DNA from: Gemmatimonadota bacterium
GTDB taxonomy: Bacteria > Gemmatimonadota > Gemmatimonadetes > Gemmatimonadales > Gemmatimonadaceae
Reading direction: 5' to 3'
DNA length: 64,000 bases
Assembly: GCA_040389905.1 (NCBI GenBank)
Contig: JAZJZK010000052.1
Span: forward strand, 1-64,000
Under the pieces are notes generated by a model. The model did not search any database. It saw only the letters and a list, made by a program, of their open reading frames with translations, and was not told the DNA's origin. How positions within the stretch are numbered: position 1 is the first letter of the stretch; each line of letters begins with the position of its first letter. Position numbers and translations under genes: made by a program. Below, in pieces: positions 26,007-35,657 of this stretch.

Positions 26007-28436
26007 CTATTGCACGCCGGAATGGGACAGGGTCACCGCTCTGCGACCTTCGATGCAAAGCGGCGCGGCTGGCGATGCACCATCGAGCACGAACGTCCAC
26101 GTTACGGTTGCACCAGCGGCGATCGTGTTTTCGTTGGACCATCCACTGACGCCGGACAGGTCGGGCATCGCCAGAACGAAACCCGAGTTACCGGCGAAGC
26201 CCATGCTCGCCGACGCAGAGATTTGCGCCGCGTTGTCGTTGTACTTCAGCGTCGCAGTGCCGTTGTACTCGGTGGACGCAGAGCCGATCGTGGCCTGAAG
26301 CCGCCTGTATGGGCCGGCCAATCCCACAACGGCGGGAGCGGCAACGACTGGCGCCAATGCGACGGTGCGATTCCCCAACGTGTGAAAGACGGCACTCGCC
26401 GTGCGTCCGCGCGTGCCGGCAACGGCGGTCACCGTGAGCAGGTGAAAGTCCGTTTCCCGCTGAAGTACGGAGGGAATTCCGCGAAGCGTGGCAACCGGTG
26501 ACGCCGACGCATAGAGCACGTTGACGTCACATGCCTGCGTGGTGAGGTAGCTCATCGCGTGGTTGATGACGTCACCTTGCTGGCCGGACACGGTAAGTGA
26601 GGCGGCGTCGGTAACGAATGACTCCGGCCCGAACATGGAGACGAGGCCGAGTGATGCACCGTTGGGCAGGTCCAGATCGCGGCGAATCAGCGCGCGATAC
26701 GACGCACCAGTAAACGAGAGTCCATAGGCGATGAGATCGTGGACTCCCTCGCGTATGCCGGTGATCGTGAAATTGCTCGCGGCGTAGGACGAGGTCGCGC
26801 TTCCTCCGCCGAGTTGATACAGGAACGACTCCGTCGGATTGGTGGAATGCACCGCGGAGCCAGTCACTGTTTTGGTCTGCACGGGGGGAGCACACATGTC
26901 GAACGGCCGCTCCGAGAGCTCGGCCAGTGTCATGTAGCGCACCGTCGTCGTGCGTCCTTCCCGAAACGCAAATGCGCCGCGCGGCGACGTGACGGAGAAC
27001 TGCACCTTGCCACCGGACGGCAAGAGCTGAGTCCAGGCGCTATTGCCGTCCTGCCCCGCGACCCACGCGGGAGGCGAACATGCACTCCAGTCGAGGGTGA
27101 CGTTGCCTGTGCCGATGCTGATCGGCCTGACGGTGATATTGATCGTGACGCCTGGTGCCGCCGGGGTGGGCAGTCCGTCTGGCGTCGCACGCACGACGAT
27201 GTCGTAGTTTCCCGCAGGCACTGTGTTGGCGACCACAATCGCAAGCGCGGCCGAGGTCCCTGTCATAACTGACGGCTGCGCGGTCACGGTCATCCCGGAT
27301 GGAGCGCCTTCTGAAGTCAGCGCCAATGCTCCGTCATACCCGTTGCGTGTGACGGCCACGTTGACAGTTGTGGTCGAACTCGGCGTCACCGTGATCGATT
27401 GAGGACTCACGGCCAGCGAAAAGGCGGCGGGCTTCACGGTCAGTGAAACGGGCGTGATCGCGTCGGGCACTCCCACCCCGCGACCGCGCAGCGTGAGGGT
27501 GGATGTGCCCACCGGTACCGACGCGGACACGACGAGCGTCGTCTTCGCGGTGTTCCCGGAAGCCGACGCGGGCTGAAAAGACGCCGTTGCACCTGCTGGA
27601 AGTCCCTCGAGCTGCAAGAGGACGGGGCCGGCATACCCATTCCGGTTGATCACGACGTCGGCAGTCGTGACCGACGCCTGCGAGAGAACGAAACCGCCAC
27701 CCACGAGGACCTGGAGCGGATCACTTGTCACGGTGATCGAGAGTGGAATCACCTGTTCGGCGATGCCGGTCGCCGTGGCGCGAAGGGTGGCGGAGTACAC
27801 GCCGGGATCGACATCACCCGCGACCATGAGCGTTGCCGACACACGGTCGCCTGCCGTGGGGTTGGCGTCGAAGGCCGCGCTGATGCCGGATGGACCTTGC
27901 AGCGACAGGGATACCGGCGCTGTCACGTTCGTGCGCACGATGCCGACCACGAAGGGTGCGATACCGCCACGCACAACCGCCATGGAAGCGCTGGAGAGCG
28001 CCAATTGAACGGCCGGCACCTCGACGACATTGAGCACGAGCGGCGTCGTGGCATCGCTCAGGCTCGCCGTCCGGCCGCGCAATGTGAGCAGGTAGGAGCC
28101 CAACTTCGCTCCCGGCGCGACGCGAAGCACGACCGTCGCCGTTGTCGTCTGGTTTGCGCCTAACTGCGTCACCACGGATGCCGTGACGCCCTCCGGCAGT
28201 CCTTCCACTGTGAGCGCGATGTCTCCGGTCGTCGAGCCAGTGCGCGTGATGGTCGCGACCACCGTTTCTTCTCCGCCAAGCGGCACGCTCAGCGGCGACT
28301 GCACGCCGACGGACAGCTTTCCTGAGACGGGAGCAGGACCTTCGAGGACCCTGTCGATCTTCCCGCACCCCACGAGCAGCGTCGCGCAAGCGGCGATCTG
28401 CAGGAGTCGGCGCAGAGGACGGCGAGGGCGGGACAT
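26007..28436 (-). CDS. surface lipoprotein with four Ig-like repeats and a Cys-containing C-terminal domain (paralog A)
   Basis: Lipobox LVGC; ~98-aa units (R.G..G...L..EG.P.G.TA...G.Y.L.LR). Confidence 0.82.
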   Translation of the reverse strand: MSRPRRPLRRLLQIAACATLLVGCGKIDRVLEGPAPVSGKLSVGVQSPLSVPLGGEETVVATITRTGSTTGDIALTVEGLPEGVTASVVTQLGANQTTTATVVLRVAPGAKLGSYLLTLRGRTASLSDATTPLVLNVVEVPAVQLALSSASMAVVRGGIAPFVVGIVRTNVTAPVSLSLQGPSGISAAFDANPTAGDRVSATLMVAGDVDPGVYSATLRATATGIAEQVIPLSITVTSDPLQVLVGGGFVLSQASVTTADVVINRNGYAGPVLLQLEGLPAGATASFQPASASGNTAKTTLVVSASVPVGTSTLTLRGRGVGVPDAITPVSLTVKPAAFSLAVSPQSITVTPSSTTTVNVAVTRNGYDGALALTSEGAPSGMTVTAQPSVMTGTSAALAIVVANTVPAGNYDIVVRATPDGLPTPAAPGVTINITVRPISIGTGNVTLDWSACSPPAWVAGQDGNSAWTQLLPSGGKVQFSVTSPRGAFAFREGRTTTVRYMTLAELSERPFDMCAPPVQTKTVTGSAVHSTNPTESFLYQLGGGSATSSYAASNFTITGIREGVHDLIAYGLSFTGASYRALIRRDLDLPNGASLGLVSMFGPESFVTDAASLTVSGQQGDVINHAMSYLTTQACDVNVLYASASPVATLRGIPSVLQRETDFHLLTVTAVAGTRGRTASAVFHTLGNRTVALAPVVAAPAVVGLAGPYRRLQATIGSASTEYNGTATLKYNDNAAQISASASMGFAGNSGFVLAMPDLSGVSGWSNENTIAAGATVTWTFVLDGASPAAPLCIEGRRAVTLSHSGVQ

Positions 28437-28442
28437 GTTGCC

Positions 28443-30866
28443 TTAGATGCCGCCCGTCTGCCTGAGGGTCACCGTTCGCCGACCCTCGGCGCAGGCGGAT
28501 TCCGCAGACGACGCGCCCTCCAGCGTATACGACCAGGAGACCGCCGTCGTCGCCGGAATTGCGTACGCGCTCGACCAACCGGTTGCCGCACTCATGTCGG
28601 GCATCGCGATGGTGAAGGTCTGCGTCCCCGTGTACGCCTTCGTTGCAGTCACGTTCATCACTTTCGAACCGTCGTTGTAGCTCAGCGTCGTCAGGCCGTT
28701 GTACTCTGCGGCCAGGATACCAAAGCTGGCCTGCACGCGCTTGTAACTGCCCGCGAGGACAGTGACCGTTGGCGCGACAATCACGGCGGGCAGCGCGATC
28801 GATGACAGGGAGAGCGAGTGAAATGCCTGTGACGTCGTCCGCGTGCGCGTGGCGGTGATGCCCCGCGCGGTGAGAAGGTGGAAGTCACTCGGTCGCTGGA
28901 ACGCCGCGGGTATTCCATCGGCTCCGGTGGTGAGCGCCGTTGCCGTGACAGTGGCGAGCGGGTTGACGATGCACGCTGGCGTCGTCAGGTAACTCATGGT
29001 GTGGGTATAGGTTTCCGTACCGCCTCCGGCCACGACCATGGTAAACGGCATCCGAGCGAGCGGGAACGATTCCGGGCCATCCATGTTCAGCAACCCAAGG
29101 GAGCCGCCATTGGGGAGGTTGACATCGCGCCGAATGAGGCCGCGCAGGGTGAACGAGAACGTCGACGTTCCGAACGCGATGAAGTCCTGCGGACCGTCGC
29201 GCACACCGGAAATCGTGAAGTTTGGAAGCGCCGCGCTCGACGTCGCCGTCCCACCACCGAGCAGGTATGTGTAGAGCTCTGTCGCGCTCGTCGAGTGAAT
29301 CGTCGTTCCGACGACGGTCTTCGGTCCCGGCAGCTGCGGACACATGTTGATCGGTCCGCTCGCGAGTTCGGGAAGTGTCATGTAGCGGACCGTCGTCACA
29401 CCGCCCTCGACAAACGCGATGGCGCCGCGAGCGGAGGCCATGGTGAACTGGGCCTTGCCACCAACGGGAATCTGCTGCGTCCACGGTCCAGTGCCGTCCG
29501 ATGAAGCGACCCAGGCTGGAGGCGTACAAGCCGACCAGTCGAGCACGACATTCCCGTTGCCGACCGCGACCGGCTTGATCGTAATCGTCACGATGGCCGC
29601 TGGCGCCGCTGACACGGGGACGCCGACCGGCGTCGCACGCAACGCGACGTCGTAGGTGCCGGCGGCCACGTTGCTGGCCGTCGTGATGTTGAGTGTCGCC
29701 GTGGAGATGCTCAGGCTCGCCGGCGAGGCACTGACGGTCAGCCCTGCAGGCGCGCCTTGAGCCGACAGCGTCAGCACACCATCGTACCCCGATCGCACGA
29801 CGCTGATGGTCGCGGACGCCGTCGCTCCCGGCGTGAGCGTGAACGACTGCGGCGCGACGGCGATCGAGAAGGCCGCGGGCTTCACCGTGAGCAACACCGG
29901 TGTCGTGACATCCGGAACGCCCGCACCCCGACCGCGCAGGACGAGGTTGTAGGCGCCCTCTGGCACCGTGGCGCCTATGGTCACCGTCATGACGGAGGAC
30001 GCTCCCGTCGTCGACGGCGCGTCGAATGCAGCGGTCGCTCCCACAGGCAACCCTTCGAGCGTCAGGAGGACCGATGCCGAATAGCCAGCGCGGTTGATCA
30101 CCAGGGTGCGTGTCGCGACGGACGCCTGCGTCGCAACGATATCCGACCCGACGAGTACCTGGAATGGATCGTTCGATACGTTGACCGACAAGGGCAGCGT
30201 CTTCTCCGACAAACCAGCCGCCGTGGCGCGTAGCGTGGCGGAGTACGTCCCCGCCGCAACCTCTGGCGCGATCGCGAGCATGGCTTGCGCCTGATCACCC
30301 GTGAACGGGTTGCCGTCCATGGAGAGCGAAATGCCCGCGGGCCCCTGAAGGGAGACGGAAACGGGCGAGGTGTAGTTCGTGCGGGCGACATTCACGACGA
30401 ACGGTGCCACGCCTCCACGGATGACCGCGAGAGAGGTCTTCGACGCGGTGAGCTGAATCGCCGGTACTTCGACGATGTTGAGGACCAGCGGGGTCGTCGC
30501 GTCGCTGACTCCCGTGCCCCTCGCGCGGAGCGTCAGGAGGTAGGTACCGAGCTTTGTGTCCGCCGAGGCGCGCAGCGAGACCGGGGTGGTGGTGATCAGC
30601 CCCGACGTGGCCGGCGGTCCGACCGTCGCCGTGACGCCGTCCGGCACTCCCTCGACAGTCAGTGCCGCTTCAGCGGTAAATGCCCCGATTCGCGTAATGG
30701 TTGCCGACACGGTCTGCTCGCTTCCCTGCGAGAGGTTCAGCGGCGATGCAACACCAACGGCGACCTTGGCAATGATGGGCTGGGGGCCTTCGAGCACCTT
30801 GTCGATCTTTTCACATCCGAACAAGGCAGCGGCGCAGAGCACCAGCGGGGCGAAGCGACGGAACAC
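28443..30866 (-). CDS. surface lipoprotein with four Ig-like repeats (paralog B)
   Basis: GTG start, lipobox LFGC; colinear with paralog A (KIDxVLEGP, DATTPLVLN.VEVPA, LDWSAC.PPAWVA, C.EGRR.VTL). Confidence 0.82.
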   Translation of the reverse strand: MFRRFAPLVLCAAALFGCEKIDKVLEGPQPIIAKVAVGVASPLNLSQGSEQTVSATITRIGAFTAEAALTVEGVPDGVTATVGPPATSGLITTTPVSLRASADTKLGTYLLTLRARGTGVSDATTPLVLNIVEVPAIQLTASKTSLAVIRGGVAPFVVNVARTNYTSPVSVSLQGPAGISLSMDGNPFTGDQAQAMLAIAPEVAAGTYSATLRATAAGLSEKTLPLSVNVSNDPFQVLVGSDIVATQASVATRTLVINRAGYSASVLLTLEGLPVGATAAFDAPSTTGASSVMTVTIGATVPEGAYNLVLRGRGAGVPDVTTPVLLTVKPAAFSIAVAPQSFTLTPGATASATISVVRSGYDGVLTLSAQGAPAGLTVSASPASLSISTATLNITTASNVAAGTYDVALRATPVGVPVSAAPAAIVTITIKPVAVGNGNVVLDWSACTPPAWVASSDGTGPWTQQIPVGGKAQFTMASARGAIAFVEGGVTTVRYMTLPELASGPINMCPQLPGPKTVVGTTIHSTSATELYTYLLGGGTATSSAALPNFTISGVRDGPQDFIAFGTSTFSFTLRGLIRRDVNLPNGGSLGLLNMDGPESFPLARMPFTMVVAGGGTETYTHTMSYLTTPACIVNPLATVTATALTTGADGIPAAFQRPSDFHLLTARGITATRTRTTSQAFHSLSLSSIALPAVIVAPTVTVLAGSYKRVQASFGILAAEYNGLTTLSYNDGSKVMNVTATKAYTGTQTFTIAMPDMSAATGWSSAYAIPATTAVSWSYTLEGASSAESACAEGRRTVTLRQTGGI

Positions 30867-31101
30867 GACTTCACGGGTGGGAGGTTTCACAAAATACAGG
30901 CCGCCGTCCGACCCGTCCACCTTTCCCGAGCGCTGGCGGACACAACACTAAGCTTTCTTAATCATATTGCCGCGACGCCCGAGGGGTGACATTGTCGAGG
31001 AGGCGGAAGGCCCGGTGCACCCCAACCGTGGGCGCTGGCTCGCCTTCACGCCGCGGAGTTCCCCCCGTTACCGGCACATATCCCCACTTGGAGGTTGTCG
31101 T

Positions 31102-31506
31102 ATGAAGGCGATCAAGTTGTTTGCTGTTGCGCTCGTTCTCGGCGCGACGTCGGTGTCTGCCCAGGTTCAGCAGGGCAAGGCCGATACCTCGAAGAAAGCG
31201 GCTGGCAAGATGGCAGCCAAAACCGACGCGAAGGCTGCTCCGATGGCGGCGAAGGCTGACGCGAAGCCAGCCGGCGCGATGGGCGGAAAGGCCGACGCAA
31301 AGGCTGCCCCGGCGGCTCCGGCGAAGGCCGACGCGAAGCCAGCAGCAACCACGGCGAAGGCAGATGCCAAGCCCGCCGCGGCCGCGCCAAAGACCGACGC
31401 AAAGGCCGCCCCGGCCGCTCCAGCCAAGGCTGACGCGAAGCCGGCTGCCGCCAAGCCCGAAGCAAAGAAGGACGCGCCAAAGAAGGACGCCGCGAAGAAG
31501 CCGTAG
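31102..31506 (+). CDS. secreted Lys/Ala/Pro-rich low-complexity protein
   Basis: GGAGG RBS, signal peptide MKAIKLFAVALVLGATSVSA, seven K(A/T)DAK units. Confidence 0.82.
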   Translation: MKAIKLFAVALVLGATSVSAQVQQGKADTSKKAAGKMAAKTDAKAAPMAAKADAKPAGAMGGKADAKAAPAAPAKADAKPAATTAKADAKPAAAAPKTDAKAAPAAPAKADAKPAAAKPEAKKDAPKKDAAKKP

Positions 31507-31519
31507 TGCATCGGGAACA

Positions 31520-31561
31520 GGAAACGGCGGCCGCATTCTCTCGAGTGCGGCCGCCGTTTCC
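31520..31561. terminator. hairpin terminator between convergent genes
   Basis: GGAAACGGCGGCCGCATTC-TCTC-GAGTGCGGCCGCCGTTTCC. Confidence 0.75.
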
Positions 31562-31575
31562 ATTTGCCTGGGGTA

Positions 31576-32055
31576 CTACGCGGCGAGTTGCCGGCCGCAC
31601 GCGCTACAGAATGCGGCACCTGCCTCACTCACTGGTGCTGCGCAAGAGCTGCACGCCCCGGGCAGATAGCATCCGCAGTTAGAGCAATACAGCGCGTCCG
31701 GCTCCGGACGCGTACCGCATGTCGCGCACGTCTTGAGGCGGCCACGATACTCCAGAACCGCCGCCTCGATCGCATCATCGCTCGAATCGTCGGGCGCCAG
31801 CCGGCGCATCGCGTGCAGCGCTCGTTCGGTGTAGCGGCTTTTGAGCTCCGCGTAGTCCGAATCAGAGAGCTTTCCCGTTTCCCGATCGAACTCGATCTCG
31901 CGCAGGGCGATGACCGCCTCGAGTTCGGCGGAGGGGGGAGCCTCCTTCGACGGAGCGGACACGGGAGTGCCAAACTGCGGCGATGCGAAGAGTGGATAGA
32001 GCACGAAGGCCAGCGCGCCGATGGCGAGCGTCGTGCCGAGGACGAGTGGCAGCAT
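31576..32055 (-). CDS. membrane-anchored Zn-ribbon protein with CcmI-like N-terminus
   Basis: TM, LREIEFD.ETGKLS..DY.EL; four CxxC pairs; coupled to ccmH. Confidence 0.78.
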   Translation of the reverse strand: MLPLVLGTTLAIGALAFVLYPLFASPQFGTPVSAPSKEAPPSAELEAVIALREIEFDRETGKLSDSDYAELKSRYTERALHAMRRLAPDDSSDDAIEAAVLEYRGRLKTCATCGTRPEPDALYCSNCGCYLPGACSSCAAPVSEAGAAFCSACGRQLAA

Positions 32056-32666
32056 CAGTCGTCCCTGGCGATGGCCGCTTTGAGGCGCGCCATTTCGTCG
32101 TCGCTCGCGGCCACGGTTGCCGGCGTGTGTCCGTCAGCCGCGGACGGCGCGACTGGTTGCCGCTGCATGCGCCGCAGCACGGTCACGAGCGCGATCGCTC
32201 CCACGCCCAGCGCGACGGAAGGGACCAGGTAACCCGCCCAGTTGAAGCCTTCGCGTTTCGGCGCCATGAGCGCACGTTCGCCGTACGTATCGACGAACGC
32301 GTCGAGAATCTCCTGTGCGGAGTACCCTCCCTCGACGAGCGAAATGATGTCGCGGTGCATCGCCGGCGACACCTGGCAGGAAAAGTCGGTCGTTCGGCAG
32401 ATGTAGACGTCGAGCGTGCAACCGCACTGACAGCGGATCTCGCGTTCGAGGGCGTCGCGTGCATCCGCTGTCATCGACGGTGCGGCGCCAGGCTTCGGAG
32501 GGCGGCGCACCGTTTTCGCCGCCTCCTGATTCATGTCGAACAGATTGGATGTGCCGCCAGTGGCCGGCTGTTGCGGCTGCGCCGTCCGTTGCGCGCGAAC
32601 GACTCGCGCCGTCGCGAGCCCTGCGCCGCTCAGCGCGACGCTCGCCAGAAAATCCCGTCGTCGCAT
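32055..32666 (-). CDS. ccmH: cytochrome c biogenesis CcmH-like protein with Tat-type signal
   Basis: RRRDFL, IRCQCGC, I..LVEGGYS.QEILDAFV..YGE..L.AP, W...P and a TM helix. Confidence 0.75.
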   Translation of the reverse strand: MRRRDFLASVALSGAGLATARVVRAQRTAQPQQPATGGTSNLFDMNQEAAKTVRRPPKPGAAPSMTADARDALEREIRCQCGCTLDVYICRTTDFSCQVSPAMHRDIISLVEGGYSAQEILDAFVDTYGERALMAPKREGFNWAGYLVPSVALGVGAIALVTVLRRMQRQPVAPSAADGHTPATVAASDDEMARLKAAIARDD

Positions 32667-34693
32667 CAGTGTTCGGCCGCGGCCAGTTCGCGAGCTGGCG
32701 TCAGCGTCGCCACATATCCGCTCGGCGCACGCCTCTTCTCGGCTTGTGGCCACATGACGATCAAGCCGCCGATTGCCATGATGATACCGCCTATCCACAC
32801 CCACACGACCAGTGGGTTGAAACTGATGCGGAGTTCCGCTGTCTCGCCGACCACACCCGCCAGAACGATGTAGAGATCCATCTTCGCCGACGAACGGATT
32901 CCAACTTCGGTGCTCGGTTCGAACTGGGGCTCGTGGTTGCTATCGAAGTGCTGGCGCTTCTCGCTCGACACGATGCCCTGCCGCACGCCGTCGCGAAACA
33001 CTTCGAGGCCAACGGCCGTCACGAACCGATTGAGCGTTTCCGACGTTGAGACGCCCTGACTCACGAAGCGCCAGGTGTGTCCGAGCGGATCGACGAGTTC
33101 CTTCGTCTCTCCGGCCTTCATCTGGAGGTCGTGATCCTTCTTGAAGGCAAGGCCCGCAAAGGCGGCGAACATCACAACGATACCGGCATGCACGATGTAA
33201 CCACCGTATCGGCGACGGTTGCGCGCGATCAGGCGCACGGTCGCGGTGAACAGCGCCTCACTGTGGATGGAGCGACGTGCGTTGATCCCTTTGTAGAACT
33301 CTTGTCCGATGGTACCGGCCACGAAGGCCGCCAGCGCATAGGCAACGAGCGCGTGACCATTCCGCATGCCGATCGCGATGAGCACGCTCCCTGCGAACAA
33401 GCCGCTGAACACCGGCACCGCGAACTGCCGCTTGAGGTTCGACGTCGATGCCTTGCGCCACGCGATGAGCGGACCGACACCGGTGAGCGCGAGCAGCAGA
33501 AGGCCGAGCGGGATGTTCACCGTGTTGAAGAAGGGCGGGCCCACCGTGATCTTCGAACCGCGCACCCACTCGCTGATGATCGGGAACAGCGTACCCCAGA
33601 GGACGGAGAACGAGATGCCGACGAGCACGAGATTGTTGTAGAGAAACGCCGCTTCTCGGCTGACCATGCTCTCGAGAACCGCCGTCGCCTCGAGGTCCTT
33701 GAGGCGTGTGGCCACGAGGTAGATCGTGGCGCCGGTGGTCAGGAAGAAGAACGTACCGAACCACGTTCCAACGGGCGATTGCGCGAACGAGTGCACGCTC
33801 TCGATGATGCCGCTGCGCGTGAGGAACGTGCCGAAGATGGACAGCAGAAATGTCGTCACGACGAGCGTGACGTTCCACTTCCGCAACATGCCGCGCTTTT
33901 CCTGGATCATGATGGAATGCAGGAACGCGGTGCCGGTCAGCCACGGCAGCAGTGATGCGTTCTCGACCGGATCCCACGCCCAGTAGCCGCTCCACCCCAG
34001 CTCGACATACGCCCACCACATGCCAAGGGTGATGCCGACGGTGAGGAAGAACCAGGAGATGAGCGCCCACCGGCGGACGAGCAGGAGCCAGGACGCATCC
34101 AGCTTTCTGGTGATGAGCGCCGCGATGGCGAATGCGAAGGGAATGGCCGCAGCGACGTAGCCCAGATACAGATTCGGCGGATGGATGGCCATCCCGGGGT
34201 TCTGGAGCTGGGGGTTCATCCCCTTCCCGTCTGCCGGCACGAAGGCCATGCGGTCGAACGGATTCGCCTTGAAGCAGGTGGTGGCGATGAAGAAAATGAG
34301 GATGAGCGCCAGCGTGCCGCAGGCCCACGGTGCCAGTTCGCGCGCCTTCTCTCGTGCAGACCAGATCGCGATCGTGGAGTAGCACGACAGAATGAGCGCC
34401 CAGAAGAGCATCGATCCCGCCTGCCCGCCCCAGAATGCCGTGAAGACGTAGATCTTCGGCATGTTCGCACTGGTGTGCGAAGCGACGTAGGTCAGGGAAA
34501 AGTCATGCGAGAGGAGCGCGGTCCAGAGCCCCAGCGACGCCAGGATGATCATGGCGCACGTAGCGTAGAGGCCGCGGCGACCGCTCGTGATCAAATCGTC
34601 GCGACCCATGGAGCCGCCGGCGAACGAGGTGATTGCCGACCACGCGGCCATGAGCAGCGCGACCCAGAGCGCCAACTCACCAATGAGAATCAC
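32666..34693 (-). CDS. ccmF: heme lyase CcmF
   Basis: WGGQAGS, GMNPQLQN..M.IHPP, G.WWAY.ELGW.GYWAWDPVENASL.PWL, SVHSF; GTG start overlapping the ccmE stop. Confidence 0.95.
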   Translation of the reverse strand: MILIGELALWVALLMAAWSAITSFAGGSMGRDDLITSGRRGLYATCAMIILASLGLWTALLSHDFSLTYVASHTSANMPKIYVFTAFWGGQAGSMLFWALILSCYSTIAIWSAREKARELAPWACGTLALILIFFIATTCFKANPFDRMAFVPADGKGMNPQLQNPGMAIHPPNLYLGYVAAAIPFAFAIAALITRKLDASWLLLVRRWALISWFFLTVGITLGMWWAYVELGWSGYWAWDPVENASLLPWLTGTAFLHSIMIQEKRGMLRKWNVTLVVTTFLLSIFGTFLTRSGIIESVHSFAQSPVGTWFGTFFFLTTGATIYLVATRLKDLEATAVLESMVSREAAFLYNNLVLVGISFSVLWGTLFPIISEWVRGSKITVGPPFFNTVNIPLGLLLLALTGVGPLIAWRKASTSNLKRQFAVPVFSGLFAGSVLIAIGMRNGHALVAYALAAFVAGTIGQEFYKGINARRSIHSEALFTATVRLIARNRRRYGGYIVHAGIVVMFAAFAGLAFKKDHDLQMKAGETKELVDPLGHTWRFVSQGVSTSETLNRFVTAVGLEVFRDGVRQGIVSSEKRQHFDSNHEPQFEPSTEVGIRSSAKMDLYIVLAGVVGETAELRISFNPLVVWVWIGGIIMAIGGLIVMWPQAEKRRAPSGYVATLTPARELAAAEH

Positions 34694-35151
34694 GCGCGGG
34701 CCCCGGACTTGTATCCTGGGGTCCGCTTGTACTTGTCGCCCCCAGGTTGACCCGGAGCGTTCTCGTAGCGCGACGCGCACTTCGCAAGGAGCGTCGTTGC
34801 GTGGAAGGTGCCATCGGCGCCCATCCGCCCTTCGACGACGACGTCGACCCCATCGGTGAAGGTGTCCGGTGCAATGCCGCGATAGATCACGGGATAGGCC
34901 CGTGCGCCATCGGTGACATTGAACGCGTACTCCTTGCCACCTGGAATGCGCTTGATGGAACCTGGAACGACGCGCGCGCCCATCTTCACGCCGGTATTCC
35001 GGAAGGTCGGATCCGCGTTGAGCTTGGTCGCAAGCTCGGTTGGCGTGAGGTAATACATGCCGGTGTCCTTGATGGACGTCGCCATGAGGTAGCCGGCGGT
35101 CCCGAGCACGAGAGCGCCGCCGATCAGGAATTTTGTGCGAGGCGAGGACAT
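34690..35151 (-). CDS. ccmE: heme chaperone CcmE, CxxxY variant
   Basis: N-terminal TM, YYLTP.E, V.PGSI, Y.G..PDTF..G..VVVEG, LLAKCASRY. Confidence 0.92.
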   Translation of the reverse strand: MSSPRTKFLIGGALVLGTAGYLMATSIKDTGMYYLTPTELATKLNADPTFRNTGVKMGARVVPGSIKRIPGGKEYAFNVTDGARAYPVIYRGIAPDTFTDGVDVVVEGRMGADGTFHATTLLAKCASRYENAPGQPGGDKYKRTPGYKSGARA

Positions 35152-35237
35152 ACGTCGAATATAGCCGGGGCGGGGACGCCGGTTAGACTGGGGATTCCCT
35201 TACAAACGACTGCCGATGCGCCTTTGCGGACGCGACT

Positions 35238-35327
35238 TGTCACCCCAAGCGAGCAAAGCGAGTCGAGGGGTCTGCACGTCAAACCCAGAATGAAGGTGCA
35301 GATCCCTCGACTTCGCTCGGGATGACA
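35238..35327. repeat. inverted pair of REP-like family B variants
   Basis: TGTCACCCCAAGCGAGCAAAGCGAGTCGAGGGGTCTGCAC ... GTGCAGATCCCTCGACTTCGCTCGGGATGACA. Confidence 0.82.
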
Positions 35328-35348
35328 TGCATGTCTGGGCGCGCAAGA

Positions 35349-35657
35349 CTATCTGGTGCGGACGAGGAGGACGGTCGCGGCACCGGCACCGGCCGCATCC
35401 CACGTGAGGTCCCTGATGCTGAACTCGCCCTTCACCCGCGCGTCGCGCATCTCCTTTCCCACGCCGACCGCCGCCGTCGTGATCGACGCACCGGCCAGCG
35501 ACTGCCCGTGCGAGACGCCCGCAGCGCGCAGCGTTCCGTAGGACATGCTCTGCACGAATGCGGACGTGAAAAAGTGCTGCAGCTTGTCGGGCGAGAGCCA
35601 CTTGTCACTCGGCACTGATGGACTTCCGAGCGAGAAAACGAGCCAGATGCCGTGCAT
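35349..35657 (-). CDS. YfiM/DUF2279-like small membrane protein
   Basis: D.W.SPDKLQHF, GVGKE.RD, FS.RDL.WD.AG. Confidence 0.7.
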   Translation of the reverse strand: MHGIWLVFSLGSPSVPSDKWLSPDKLQHFFTSAFVQSMSYGTLRAAGVSHGQSLAGASITTAAVGVGKEMRDARVKGEFSIRDLTWDAAGAGAATVLLVRTR

